Made by a program: the position numbers and the translations under genes. A stretch of 44,332 nt of DNA. It comes from Escherichia phage EK99P-1. Position 1 is the stretch's first letter. Each line of letters starts with the position of its first letter. Of the stretch, positions 26,845 through 35,575 are shown piece by piece. The stretch lies in sequence record NC_024783.1, one strand, 5' to 3'. The notes under the pieces are model-generated. The model was given only the letters and a program-made list of their open reading frames with translations, was not told where the DNA came from and made no database searches.

Positions 26845-26878
26845 AATATAATGCAACCAATATAATTACGCAACCAAT
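26845..26878 (-). promoter_or_regulatory. putative sigma70-like promoter with two boxes
   Basis: Minus strand: ATTGGTTGCGT (-35 TTGCGT), 17-nt spacer containing a second ATTGGTTGCA, -10 TATATT. Confidence 0.45.
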
Positions 26879-27202
26879 TTACGCATAAAAATTTGGGTCG
26901 CGCGCTACGTCTACCAGATACAGGTTACTAATGCGGTTGCCGTAGTGCCCAGGCGTGCGCTGGCGGCACACAACGGCGAATCCTGGGGGGATTGTATTGC
27001 CTGTCTCAATAATCCACGCCACGCGCGCGCCCGACAGCGTCTTGCCGTTGCACTCGATGCGCGTGCCGCCATCGGCAGTGTTAAGGTTGCCAATCTTGCA
27101 GCCTGTGGACTTCAGGCGAATGACGCCGGTCTTGCTGTCGTAGGAAAAAAGCTGATTGGTCATTGCCACTGAAAAGTCGATGGCTTCGAATGTAGTATTC
27201 AT
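26879..27202 (-). CDS. hypothetical protein (possible degenerate HNH/NUMOD-like fold)
   Basis: 107 aa. The C-terminal GHYGNRISNL is only weakly HNH-like. Confidence 0.35.
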   Translation of the reverse strand: MNTTFEAIDFSVAMTNQLFSYDSKTGVIRLKSTGCKIGNLNTADGGTRIECNGKTLSGARVAWIIETGNTIPPGFAVVCRQRTPGHYGNRISNLYLVDVARDPNFYA

Positions 27203-27909
27203 TTTAAATTTTCCTCGTTAACCGCTATCGCGAAGCCGCGCGGGGTGAGTGAGTGGATTAATTTTGTACGAGCGGATTTACCACCGAGGCGACTATACTG
27301 CTTCGAGTACCCTTTTTCAATGAAAACAGGTTTCTTCTCTGGCATACGGAAGCCGTTGCCGGTCCATAAGCAGGTCAGCTTCGGATATGAATCGCGGGCG
27401 TTGATGTATTCCGGGAAGAGCGGGTGTACGTCATCCTCCGGCAGATATCCCCCATACTCCCACGGGTTGAATGAGTGATCCGGCTTGCGCCACTGGGTGG
27501 AAAGCACACTGCGCGGATTCTCAATCATATATGGCACTTCGAAGAAGTCACCCAGGTAAGCGGCGATCTTCGCGGTGCGCACCGCCTTAAGCTGAAAGGC
27601 TGGGTCTTTAGCCCGCTTGCGCGGGAAAGCTGGCGCACCGCTCACTGCCAGATCCGTACACGGAGGGAATGCATAGATGATATCCGGCGTACCGAAATCG
27701 CCATTCATCGCGCGGTCTACAAAGTCCAGATCGATAAACTCATTGCGATACCGGATTCCGCGACCATAAATCCGGTAGTCAAGGTAAGACCCGTGATCGG
27801 CTTCGGAGTAGTTGAAGCAATAACACTTATGCCCCATCTCGGCAGCACGCTCAATCATCAAGCCGCTGCCGTCAAACAACGACCAGATTGTCATTTTAGC
27901 AATAGTCAT
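27199..27909 (-). CDS. C5-cytosine DNA methyltransferase-like protein (compact)
   Basis: 236 aa with LFDGSG (motif I-like), FPPC (motif IV-like catalytic Cys) and ENP (motif VI-like). Unusually short for a C5-MTase. Confidence 0.5.
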   Translation of the reverse strand: MTIAKMTIWSLFDGSGLMIERAAEMGHKCYCFNYSEADHGSYLDYRIYGRGIRYRNEFIDLDFVDRAMNGDFGTPDIIYAFPPCTDLAVSGAPAFPRKRAKDPAFQLKAVRTAKIAAYLGDFFEVPYMIENPRSVLSTQWRKPDHSFNPWEYGGYLPEDDVHPLFPEYINARDSYPKLTCLWTGNGFRMPEKKPVFIEKGYSKQYSRLGGKSARTKLIHSLTPRGFAIAVNEENLK

Positions 27910-29330
27910 TTGCGCGCCTTTTTAGCTTTCATGTATTCCATCAGGTCGTCCTGGATATCTCGCTTACTGTCGCGACGCTCGGCGACCAATTCATCCAGTG
28001 TCCCGCGCGCCTGGATAATGTAGACGAATACCGGTCGAGGGTGTCCGGCCTGCATCTGGCGAACCGGCCCGATACGTTCAACGATCTGCGAAAAGTGCTC
28101 AAAGTTCCAGGTATCGGAGAAGATTGCCAGGTGATGTCCGCCGTCCTGCAAGTTAAGGCCGTGGCCTGCCGATGCCGGGTGTGCAAACATGATGGGGATC
28201 TCGCCCCTGTTCCACGCTTCCATATCCTTATTGCCCTGCTTACCTTTACCCAACGCAACGCCGTGCGGAAATTTCTTCTTAAGACGTGCCAGGTCATGCT
28301 TATACTGATACGCAACGAGCAACGGCGCGCCGTTCAACTCCTCCACGATACTTTCCAGCGCGTCCAGTTTGGCGTCGTGAATCTTCACCCACTCGTCGGT
28401 CCGTTCGCCGTCTTCGTCCACCTTATACACAGCGCCGGAAGCAAGCTGAAGGCACTTAATTGTCTTCGATGCCGCGTTCGCCGCTTCCACTGTTCCGCTT
28501 TCCAGTTCGGCAAATAGCTCGCTTTCAAACTGGTCGTAAATCTTGCGGGCTTTCTTCGGCAGGTCCACAACAACCGGCGTATAGATTGGCTTGTCGCACC
28601 CGAAGTATTCAGCCGCGTCAACGGTGAGGGATACATCTGACAGACGTTGTTGTATCTCTTTCTCGGAGTTCTTTAGCGGAGCGTGCTGCATAGTGAAGCT
28701 GCCAGGCTTAACAGGCTTGCTAATGAACCAGCGGTCGGTAAATGCCTTATAGCTACTGCCGAGGCGTTCGCCTCCGTCGACAAACCACGTCTGACCCCAT
28801 AAGTCTTTAAGCCCGTTTGGCGCTGGTGTGCCGGTAAGGTTAATCCAGCGCTTGACGTGTTTATGTGCAATCGCCGCCAGTGCGCGGGCGCGCTTGCTCC
28901 CCTGCTTGCTACGATAGCCTTTCAGCTTAGTCGATTCATCGGCAACAACGACCGTAAAGGGCCACGCATCGCCGTAATAGTCGACCAGCCACTCAACCAC
29001 ATCGTAGTTAACACAAACCACGTTAGCGTCGCTCTCCAGCGCTGCAATACGGTCCTTCTCCGGCCCGGTGCCGTCTACGACCAGCAGGGATGAGAACCGC
29101 CATTTCTCCTGTTCCGGGGGCCAGGTGCCGGATGCAACGCGCAGCGGGGCCAGCACCAGTACGCGGTCCTCCTGGTTTGACAGGATGCCAGTCTGGAACA
29201 TTTTATTCAGCGCCCACATTGTCGCGCCGGTTTTACCGGATCCCATTGTCGCCCATATATTGCATCGCTTATGCTTGAGGATGAACGCGGTTATCAACTT
29301 CTGATATTCGCGGCGTCGGAATCTTGCCAT
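27906..29330 (-). CDS. SNF2/DEAD-like helicase
   Basis: Walker A MGSGKTGA and DExx-like VVADEST. Start taken at the ATG at 29330 (RBS AAGGCGGA); the ORF-track start at 29420 is a GTG. Confidence 0.7.
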   Translation of the reverse strand: MARFRRREYQKLITAFILKHKRCNIWATMGSGKTGATMWALNKMFQTGILSNQEDRVLVLAPLRVASGTWPPEQEKWRFSSLLVVDGTGPEKDRIAALESDANVVCVNYDVVEWLVDYYGDAWPFTVVVADESTKLKGYRSKQGSKRARALAAIAHKHVKRWINLTGTPAPNGLKDLWGQTWFVDGGERLGSSYKAFTDRWFISKPVKPGSFTMQHAPLKNSEKEIQQRLSDVSLTVDAAEYFGCDKPIYTPVVVDLPKKARKIYDQFESELFAELESGTVEAANAASKTIKCLQLASGAVYKVDEDGERTDEWVKIHDAKLDALESIVEELNGAPLLVAYQYKHDLARLKKKFPHGVALGKGKQGNKDMEAWNRGEIPIMFAHPASAGHGLNLQDGGHHLAIFSDTWNFEHFSQIVERIGPVRQMQAGHPRPVFVYIIQARGTLDELVAERRDSKRDIQDDLMEYMKAKKARK

Positions 29331-29334
29331 GTCT

Positions 29335-29568
29335 TTATTCCGCCTTTTTCCAGACTTCTGTCTCACTGTTCCAGTTCCTTTTTGTGGCGTCGTAGTTGGT
29401 GGCGTGTCCGATGTGGACACCGGTAGCCCGGAAGCTCTTAAATTTTTGCCAGCACACCGTCAACGGCAGCGGATCATTCATGCCTGCGATAAACCATACG
29501 CGATCGCCCGGTTTACATTCGCCCAGCTTGGTTAGTCGGTAATGTTCTTTCATCGTCATGTCTCCCAA
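29335..29568 (-). CDS. hypothetical protein
   Basis: 77 aa, ends 4 nt before the helicase start. Confidence 0.4.
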   Translation of the reverse strand: MGDMTMKEHYRLTKLGECKPGDRVWFIAGMNDPLPLTVCWQKFKSFRATGVHIGHATNYDATKRNWNSETEVWKKAE

Positions 29569-29596
29569 AAATGGCGGGACAAGCCCGCCGTATTAA

Positions 29597-29770
29597 TTAT
29601 TTTTGTTCTGCACGGTAGCGGCGCTGCCGTTCACGCTCTTTCTTATTGCGGCATGATTTGCACTCGGCCCGATACCCGTCCGGGCTGCGCGCAGTCTTGC
29701 CAGTGTATTTGTGGAACTGGGATAGCGGTTTAACGCAGCCGCAATTACTACAACGTTTTTCTTCAATCAT
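29597..29770 (-). CDS. small zinc-ribbon protein (CxxC...CxxC)
   Basis: 57 aa from the ATG at 29770: MIEEKRCSNCGCVKPLSQFHKYTGKTARSPDGYRAECKSCRNKKERERQRRYRAEQK, four Cys and a basic tail. Confidence 0.45.
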   Translation of the reverse strand: MIEEKRCSNCGCVKPLSQFHKYTGKTARSPDGYRAECKSCRNKKERERQRRYRAEQK

Positions 29771-29801
29771 CTCTAAAATCCTCGATATGGCTAACCGGCA
29801 C

Positions 29802-29835
29802 ACTATACCGCTATGCGACCAATTCAGCAACCAAT
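29802..29835 (-). promoter_or_regulatory. putative sigma70-like promoter with two boxes
   Basis: Minus strand: ATTGGTTGCTG (-35 TTGCTG), 17-nt spacer containing ATTGGTCGCA, -10 TATAGT. Confidence 0.4.
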
Positions 29836-30089
29836 AAATCGCAGTCGGATATGTTGTCGATAACGCGAACGTCAGCACCGCGGCGGGCCATTCGCTCATG
29901 TTCACGTACCTGGTGCGGCTTCGGTTTTCCTCCGGGGCGCTTCACTTCGACGAAAACTATCTTGCCGTTGATGATGATAATCAGATCGGGCGCACCCGAG
30001 CGCCCCTCCCATGCCACTTTGCGGCAGAATCCGCCGACGGCTTTCACCCGTCTCATCAAGTGACTTTGAATCTTGCCTTCTGGTGTCAT
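29811..30089 (-). CDS. VRR-NUC domain nuclease
   Basis: 92 aa from the ATG at 30089 (overlaps the polymerase stop, TAATG). PD-(D/E)XK-like D...EVK core in GAPDLIIIINGKIVFVEVKRPGGKPKPHQ. Confidence 0.65.
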   Translation of the reverse strand: MTPEGKIQSHLMRRVKAVGGFCRKVAWEGRSGAPDLIIIINGKIVFVEVKRPGGKPKPHQVREHERMARRGADVRVIDNISDCDLLVAELVA

Positions 30090-32380
30090 TATTTCCTGTA
30101 CCTGTACATAATGTCGCCTTCCGCTGCAAGCGGGAAGCCTTTCGCCCAAACCGGCAGGTCGCACATCAGCGCGCACAACTCCTCGGTTGTGTAGTCGTCG
30201 GTATCCGGCACTTCGGTTATCAGTTCATCGTGTACGGACAGTACGATCTCATATCCCGCAGCTTCAACGCCAGGCATGGACCATGCGAGGATATCGCGAC
30301 ACAGCGCCTGCACGATGTTTTCCGTGAGTTTGCCGCCGTAGGTGTACTGGAATCCCCACTGGCGCGTCGTCTGATTCTCACCCTGATATTTAATGCGGGT
30401 GCTGGTGCGCTTCTTGCCGGTGTCTTCGTCGATCTCGGTCGTGACAGACAGCGCGATGCCGGGGTAGCTCATGATGCGCCCCGACGGTAACTCAATTTTC
30501 AACCACCACCCCGCGGCGTTCGGACCGTCGCGCTCCTCGTCGAAGGTTGGGTCATGCTTCGCCTTCGTGCGGACTATCTTGAGCGCTTTCTTACCATCCG
30601 GGCGAACGTTCGCGCCAGCCCAGTACGCTTTGCCCGGATTGCGGATCGCGCAGAGCACCGCGTCTTCCAGTTCGGCCCAAAATGCTACCGTCTTCGGGTG
30701 CGACTCACGCCACATACGTTTGATCGCATCACACGTCAGCCATACGTTTTTCGGCAGTATATAAGTTGGGCGCTCGTCTTTCTTGCCAGGCTTCGGCGGG
30801 CGCTTAGCTTCGTTAATGCGGGCGTATTCATATCCACGTTTCGCTGCTGCCCAAATGTGATCGGGGAATGTGCCCTTCATGACGTCCGCCATCGCGTAAA
30901 GGTCGAGGCCCAGGTTTTTAGCGAACTGCAAGAACGCGGCAACGCCACCTCCATAGCCCAACCCCAATTCGCACGCCTTACCAATCTGGCGCAAGTCTTT
31001 GCGGTTGGCTTTAATGTATTCCGGGTCGAGGCCGAACATTTTACCGGCAGTCTCACAATAAATATCGCGACCGGCCCTAAATACCATTAGCGCGGTTTTC
31101 TCGCCAGCGATCCAGGCGAGGCCGCGCCCTTCCACGTTGGAGTAGTCCGCTACGACAAACTTCTTGCCCTTCGCCGGAATAATGCACCCGCGAACGGTCG
31201 AGGCCGTTAGCTTCGATATGTCATATGCCCAGTGCGCTGTCCCGCGTAACAGGGAGTTGATGCCGTTGGTGAGCATGTGCGACCGCACCCAAAAGGATAT
31301 ATCGCTCTCGCCTTCACGGCGTTTAATCTTCCCTTCGTGGTCGTCGCTATACTCGCCGCGTGCCAGGTTTTGAGGCTGGAATCCTTTACCGGCCCAGCGT
31401 AGCGTGCGCTTTGCGCCACCATACTGAAGACACCCACGGCGGCGACCATCGGCGGATAGGCCGTTAACGAGCGGATTGTACTTAGTCGATGCCGTTGATG
31501 ACGCACCGAGGCGCATTTCGATAAGCGCTTTGCCTTCGTCGGGGAAATCCGGGTCTTCAAGCAGGTCGTTAAGTGTGGATTTCTGCGCGTTGTGGATCGT
31601 GAACGCCGGGGCGATATCACGCAGGATTGGCAGGAAGTCATTGCCGGTCAGCTTACCGCCAAATCGCTCCCAGGCTTCTTCCTTCAATTCTTCCTTATGC
31701 GCCTGCACCGCTTTGATCGCGGCGTTCGCCAGGTCAACGTCCACATAGAAGCCGCGGTCGTTGATCAACTGGTCGATATGTAGGATTTCATCTTCCTTCG
31801 GAGTATTACCCCAGTCCGGTATGCGCCAGTAGACTTCACGCATTGCGATAATATCCAGCGCGGCATAGCGCAGAAATTTGGCCCATTCTTCCGGGTGAGT
31901 CTCGCGAGTGTAGCGGCGTATTTTGTAGGTCTTAGGGGTAGGCTTACAGAATCGTTTAATCAGCGCCTTGCCTGCCTTATCCTTCGCGTGCTCTGCGTCA
32001 ACGCCCAGCACCTGGCACTGCATATCGAGGCTACCCGGCAGCGCGTGGCGAAAGGCCATAATCATGGTGTCTTCGATCTGGCTTACCGGCAGGTCGATGC
32101 CCCACTTCTCACGGATAACCAGGCGGTCAAACAGGAGGCCGTTAGCCATCACTATTTTTGCTTTCTTGCGGGATACATGGCGGAGCGCCTTGCGCAGTTC
32201 ACGCGGCATTGTGGGGGATTCAGTGCAATCCCATGTCTGCACGCGGCCTTCGTCGATGGCGTAGGTGCAAATCATAATCTCGGTAGTTGGGTGTTCCGCG
32301 TAGGCGTATGCGCCCACTTTCTTCAGATCCACCCCGCTAAATGTCTCGGTATCGAGGAAAAGTCGTTCGAAGTCTTTCAT
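30089..32380 (-). CDS. family A DNA polymerase with 3'-5' exonuclease domain
   Basis: 763 aa. Exo I LFLDTETFS, motif A DYSNVEGR, motif B RQIGKACELGLGYGGG, motif C VHDE. Confidence 0.9.
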   Translation of the reverse strand: MKDFERLFLDTETFSGVDLKKVGAYAYAEHPTTEIMICTYAIDEGRVQTWDCTESPTMPRELRKALRHVSRKKAKIVMANGLLFDRLVIREKWGIDLPVSQIEDTMIMAFRHALPGSLDMQCQVLGVDAEHAKDKAGKALIKRFCKPTPKTYKIRRYTRETHPEEWAKFLRYAALDIIAMREVYWRIPDWGNTPKEDEILHIDQLINDRGFYVDVDLANAAIKAVQAHKEELKEEAWERFGGKLTGNDFLPILRDIAPAFTIHNAQKSTLNDLLEDPDFPDEGKALIEMRLGASSTASTKYNPLVNGLSADGRRRGCLQYGGAKRTLRWAGKGFQPQNLARGEYSDDHEGKIKRREGESDISFWVRSHMLTNGINSLLRGTAHWAYDISKLTASTVRGCIIPAKGKKFVVADYSNVEGRGLAWIAGEKTALMVFRAGRDIYCETAGKMFGLDPEYIKANRKDLRQIGKACELGLGYGGGVAAFLQFAKNLGLDLYAMADVMKGTFPDHIWAAAKRGYEYARINEAKRPPKPGKKDERPTYILPKNVWLTCDAIKRMWRESHPKTVAFWAELEDAVLCAIRNPGKAYWAGANVRPDGKKALKIVRTKAKHDPTFDEERDGPNAAGWWLKIELPSGRIMSYPGIALSVTTEIDEDTGKKRTSTRIKYQGENQTTRQWGFQYTYGGKLTENIVQALCRDILAWSMPGVEAAGYEIVLSVHDELITEVPDTDDYTTEELCALMCDLPVWAKGFPLAAEGDIMYRYRK

Positions 32381-32547
32381 TGCTTAATCCTCACTACGGC
32401 GTCAGCGCTGCCGATCATAGAGAAGATACCGTCGGAAAGGGTTATCTCCTCGCCGTTGTTGCGAACCTCGGCAACGGTGAAATATTCCCCCAGCAATTTG
32501 GACCATACCTGCATTCCGACTTTTACTTCGCTGGCTTTAATGCGCAT
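32377..32547 (-). CDS. hypothetical small protein, translationally coupled to the polymerase gene
   Basis: 56 aa (MRIKASEVKVGMQVW...), RBS AGGA, stop overlaps the polymerase ATG (ATGA). Below the ORF-track length cutoff. Confidence 0.4.
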   Translation of the reverse strand: MRIKASEVKVGMQVWSKLLGEYFTVAEVRNNGEEITLSDGIFSMIGSADAVVRIKQ

Positions 32548-32561
32548 TTTTCATTGTCCTA

Positions 32562-32586
32562 TTAAAAAGCCCGCACTAAGCGGGCT
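32562..32586 (-). terminator. rho-independent terminator (minus strand)
   Basis: On the minus strand AGCCCGC-ttagt-GCGGGCT followed by TTTTTAAT. Confidence 0.55.
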
Positions 32587-32605
32587 TGAATAGTGGGCTT
32601 TGCCC

Positions 32606-33331
32606 TTAACGGCGGCGACGTTTACGCGGTGCTTTGTCTTCGTCGTCGTCGTCCTCATCTTCGTCATCGCGTGGCTTACGACGTTTACGAGGTTTTTTAT
32701 CTTCATCATCGTCATCGCGACGTTTTGACTTTTTGGACTTGCGCGGCTTGTCATCTTCATCATCGTCGCCCAGGTCCTCGTCTGAGCAAGAAGACCCGCC
32801 ACCTCCGAAGGCTTCGCCGTCTTCACGGAATCGCAGACCCAGCAAGCCAGCCCCGAGGCCCTTGCCGTTGGTATTGTTCCATGCCCAAATATCAAGGGAC
32901 ACGTTGCAATAACAACCGGAGTAGATCTCCTGGCCTTCAATCTCGTCGCCTTCTACGGTCAGACCTTGTTCAGTCTGCTTCTCGCCGAGTGACGTTTGAA
33001 TGATAGGCTGTTTGAACGATTTGGCGTTGATATACAACATGCCTTCGAATTCTTCTGTCACTTCGTCGCGCTCGTCACCGTCGCGAACTGCGCATTCCTT
33101 AGAATCCTGGGCGTAGTGGCGGTCCATCCACTTATCGGCATTCTTCTCGGATTTCAGCTTATCGGTGAGCACTGCGCGCGCTGCCGCTTCCACTTTGTCC
33201 ACCTGCGGATCTTCTTTATCCAGAAGAATCACGGCACGGTATGCCGGTTTTTGTCCATCCTGTTTAGGGGTATCACGTTCCCAGATTTTCAGGAAGCATA
33301 CGCGCACATTTTTCAGGTTGACTTTAGCCAT
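32606..33331 (-). CDS. ssDNA-binding-like protein (DUF2815-like) with hyper-charged C-terminal tail
   Basis: Start taken at the ATG at 33331 (MAKVNLKNV, RBS GAGGA). C-terminal ~60 aa alternate D/E blocks with K/R blocks. Confidence 0.5.
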   Translation of the reverse strand: MAKVNLKNVRVCFLKIWERDTPKQDGQKPAYRAVILLDKEDPQVDKVEAAARAVLTDKLKSEKNADKWMDRHYAQDSKECAVRDGDERDEVTEEFEGMLYINAKSFKQPIIQTSLGEKQTEQGLTVEGDEIEGQEIYSGCYCNVSLDIWAWNNTNGKGLGAGLLGLRFREDGEAFGGGGSSCSDEDLGDDDEDDKPRKSKKSKRRDDDDEDKKPRKRRKPRDDEDEDDDDEDKAPRKRRRR

Positions 33332-33421
33332 TTTCCAATTCCTCATTTTCACATGTATCGGGGTTATTGGAAGCCACCCCGTTCGGCTTGGTTGCTAATC
33401 TACTTGGTTGCGCCTGAGCGG

Positions 33422-33664
33422 TCAAGCATTTTCGTTAAAAAGATTTCGGGTAACGTAGTTGGTAGCGTTATCGATCCAGCTTAACGGCGGGCGGTCGATG
33501 TTCTTCTTCACCCAGTCGACGGCAGCGTCACTATACCCGTCATCAAGCCAGCGGGTTGGATGGCGAATCATCCACGCCACCATTAACACGCCTTGCACGC
33601 AATGCAGGATAAAGCCCAGCGCGCCGAGCAAAAACATCAATAAGATTGCGAATACTTTATTCAT
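33422..33664 (-). CDS. small membrane protein
   Basis: 80 aa with two hydrophobic helices (ILLMFLLGALGFIL, GVLMVAWMI). Confidence 0.45.
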   Translation of the reverse strand: MNKVFAILLMFLLGALGFILHCVQGVLMVAWMIRHPTRWLDDGYSDAAVDWVKKNIDRPPLSWIDNATNYVTRNLFNENA

Positions 33665-35087
33665 TGCTTAAGTCCTCGTCAGTAGCTTCCGACCACGCAG
33701 GGCGCGGGTCGTCGATTGGGGCTAACACCGGTTTGGCAGGTGCGCGCGTGATTTTATCACACAGCTTAGCCCACACTTTCGGTTTTTCGTCCTTCAGTAC
33801 CTTCTCGGCATCCGTAGGGCTGAGCAATGTTTCTTTGTACATCACATCGCGCTTGATCCGGGCCTTCGTGAAGATTTCAATCACTTCGCTCTCGTCCGCC
33901 CACTTGCGGATCCCTTCCTTACCGGCAACCATCTTGAGGCCCAGCGATTCGCCGTCGCCCGCCATTACCGCCTTAAATACCGCGGACTCGATAGCTTTGA
34001 TGTGCTGGCGCATTGCGTCCAGGCCTTCATAAGCCTTGCGCAGTTCAGCCGCGCTCATAGCGCCGGGGGCCGCTTCTTTCTTGCCACGCTTCGCACGTCG
34101 CGCCGCCTTCCTGGCTTCACGCGCCATATTGCGATCGTGGTTGGCGCATTCTTCCTCGGTCGCAATAATCACGTCGTCGCCCAGGTCTTCGTCAGTTGCC
34201 GTGGTTGGTGTCATCGTATCGATTGCGGCCTTCGCGCGGGCACTACACTGATCCGCAAATCGGCACCACTGACACGCATCAACGCTGGGCCGGAAGTCTG
34301 CGCGAGTGAGTCCCTTCTTGCCTCGGGAATATGCCTCCAGTGCGGAAATAGCGCGCTTGGATGCAAACTTCGCGAATATCTCCAGTGCTTCTACCGAAAT
34401 ATCCCACTCCGACGCCCCGCCGCAATACGGCTGGAAGATAACCAGGCGAACGGTCGTAATGTCGTACATAGTTTGCAGCTTGCGCAGCAGGCCGAGCGCG
34501 TACAACATAAGCTGTTTGTTCTCTTTCGCCTCGACCTTATGCCGCCCGGTCTTCAGGTCGCCAACAATCAGCATGTACGTTCCATCGGTCTTTTTCATGA
34601 CCATGACCATATCGGCAGTACCGAACGTTTTAATCCGGTTGCCGTCGATCTCGTAGCCTGAGTGAAGGACGCGGGTCAGATCGGCGCGCATCTCAAGCTG
34701 GACAAACTCCGCCACCTCGAGGAGTGGTCGCCAGTGGTCGATGTACGCGTCGCACTGTTTCACCATGTCGTCATTGACCAGTACGCCGCCTTTCGGCGCT
34801 TTCGGATGTGCCTTCACTGGCCCCTTGCCTTCGTTCTCGACGTAGCTCCCTTTATACGTCTTTGCGGTTATCAGCTTTTCACCGGCGATAATGCGGTTTA
34901 GCACCACTTCCGATACGGTGTGCATACTCGTACCGTTAATCGCGGCTTGCCCGGATTCGTTCGGGATATCTTTTTCTACCACCAGGGCGGCAGGGCAACC
35001 CATCCATTTTTTAGCACCGGATGGCCCGAGTAATGAGTGTTCCGTATTGCTGCCGGATTGCGTCTTACGTTTTGGTTTAATCGCCAT
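33657..35087 (-). CDS. PD-(D/E)XK exonuclease-like protein (Cas4-like / DUF2800-like) with C-terminal Cys cluster
   Basis: 476 aa. N-terminal LLGPSGAKKWMGCPA pattern and CQWCRFADQCS cysteine cluster. Confidence 0.5.
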   Translation of the reverse strand: MAIKPKRKTQSGSNTEHSLLGPSGAKKWMGCPAALVVEKDIPNESGQAAINGTSMHTVSEVVLNRIIAGEKLITAKTYKGSYVENEGKGPVKAHPKAPKGGVLVNDDMVKQCDAYIDHWRPLLEVAEFVQLEMRADLTRVLHSGYEIDGNRIKTFGTADMVMVMKKTDGTYMLIVGDLKTGRHKVEAKENKQLMLYALGLLRKLQTMYDITTVRLVIFQPYCGGASEWDISVEALEIFAKFASKRAISALEAYSRGKKGLTRADFRPSVDACQWCRFADQCSARAKAAIDTMTPTTATDEDLGDDVIIATEEECANHDRNMAREARKAARRAKRGKKEAAPGAMSAAELRKAYEGLDAMRQHIKAIESAVFKAVMAGDGESLGLKMVAGKEGIRKWADESEVIEIFTKARIKRDVMYKETLLSPTDAEKVLKDEKPKVWAKLCDKITRAPAKPVLAPIDDPRPAWSEATDEDLSNE

Positions 35088-35275
35088 TATTCCACCCTTG
35101 AAAACTGAGCAATGTAATATTCATGTTTAACCCCAGCCCGCTTCGCGGCTTCGTTCATGGTAGCCGCCAAACCTCTGGCTTGAGTCCAGCAGCAATTCCA
35201 GTTCTGATTCATAACGATTTCCGGTTGCTCATCGCCGGTAATACGGCAACGAAATAAAACAAAGAATATAGCCAT
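35087..35275 (-). CDS. hypothetical protein
   Basis: 62 aa, adjacent to the exonuclease gene. Confidence 0.35.
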   Translation of the reverse strand: MAIFFVLFRCRITGDEQPEIVMNQNWNCCWTQARGLAATMNEAAKRAGVKHEYYIAQFSRVE

Positions 35276-35527
35276 TTATTTTGTCTCCCAGCGGTCAATT
35301 GTTTTTGCTTCGGATGCAACTGCGAAGCGAACATATTCCAGATTGGAATCCGCCCAAATATAAAAGTCGGGGTTAGTAAAGGTGGTGCGCTTAATTTGCG
35401 CGGGGGTGTTACGGCGTTTATCTATTACGGCAACGCGTGACTGAAAGCTGCCGATGCGTTCGAATAGCCAATAGTACGGGCGCTGGTCGCGGGAGTCCAC
35501 CGCCTCGATTAGCGTGAAGCGTGCCAT
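35276..35527 (-). CDS. hypothetical protein
   Basis: 83 aa, RBS GAGGA. Confidence 0.45.
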   Translation of the reverse strand: MARFTLIEAVDSRDQRPYYWLFERIGSFQSRVAVIDKRRNTPAQIKRTTFTNPDFYIWADSNLEYVRFAVASEAKTIDRWETK

Positions 35528-35540
35528 TGTCTCGTCCTCT

Positions 35541-35567
35541 AAAAAGAGGCCCGCAGATTAGCGGGCC
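35541..35567 (-). terminator. rho-independent terminator after the first early-left gene
   Basis: On the minus strand GGCCCGC-taatct-GCGGGCC followed by TCTTTTT. Confidence 0.55.
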
Positions 35568-35575
35568 GGATAATA

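Noticed and set aside
29330-29420. Long GTG-initiated N-terminal extension of the SNF2 helicase.
   Set aside because: It would overlap the upstream 77-aa gene by 86 nt. The internal ATG at 29330 has an RBS and sits 4 nt after that gene's stop.
29770-29905. N-terminal 45-aa extension of the zinc-ribbon ORF (from 29905).
   Set aside because: It would overlap the VRR-NUC gene by ~95 nt and the promoter. The ATG at 29770 gives a compact protein with an RBS.
32551-33003. ORFs 32551-32940 (minus), 32593-33003 and 32634-32912 (plus) with Ser- or Arg-rich translations.
   Set aside because: Alternative-frame and antisense artefacts of the repetitive charged-tail coding region of the SSB-like gene.
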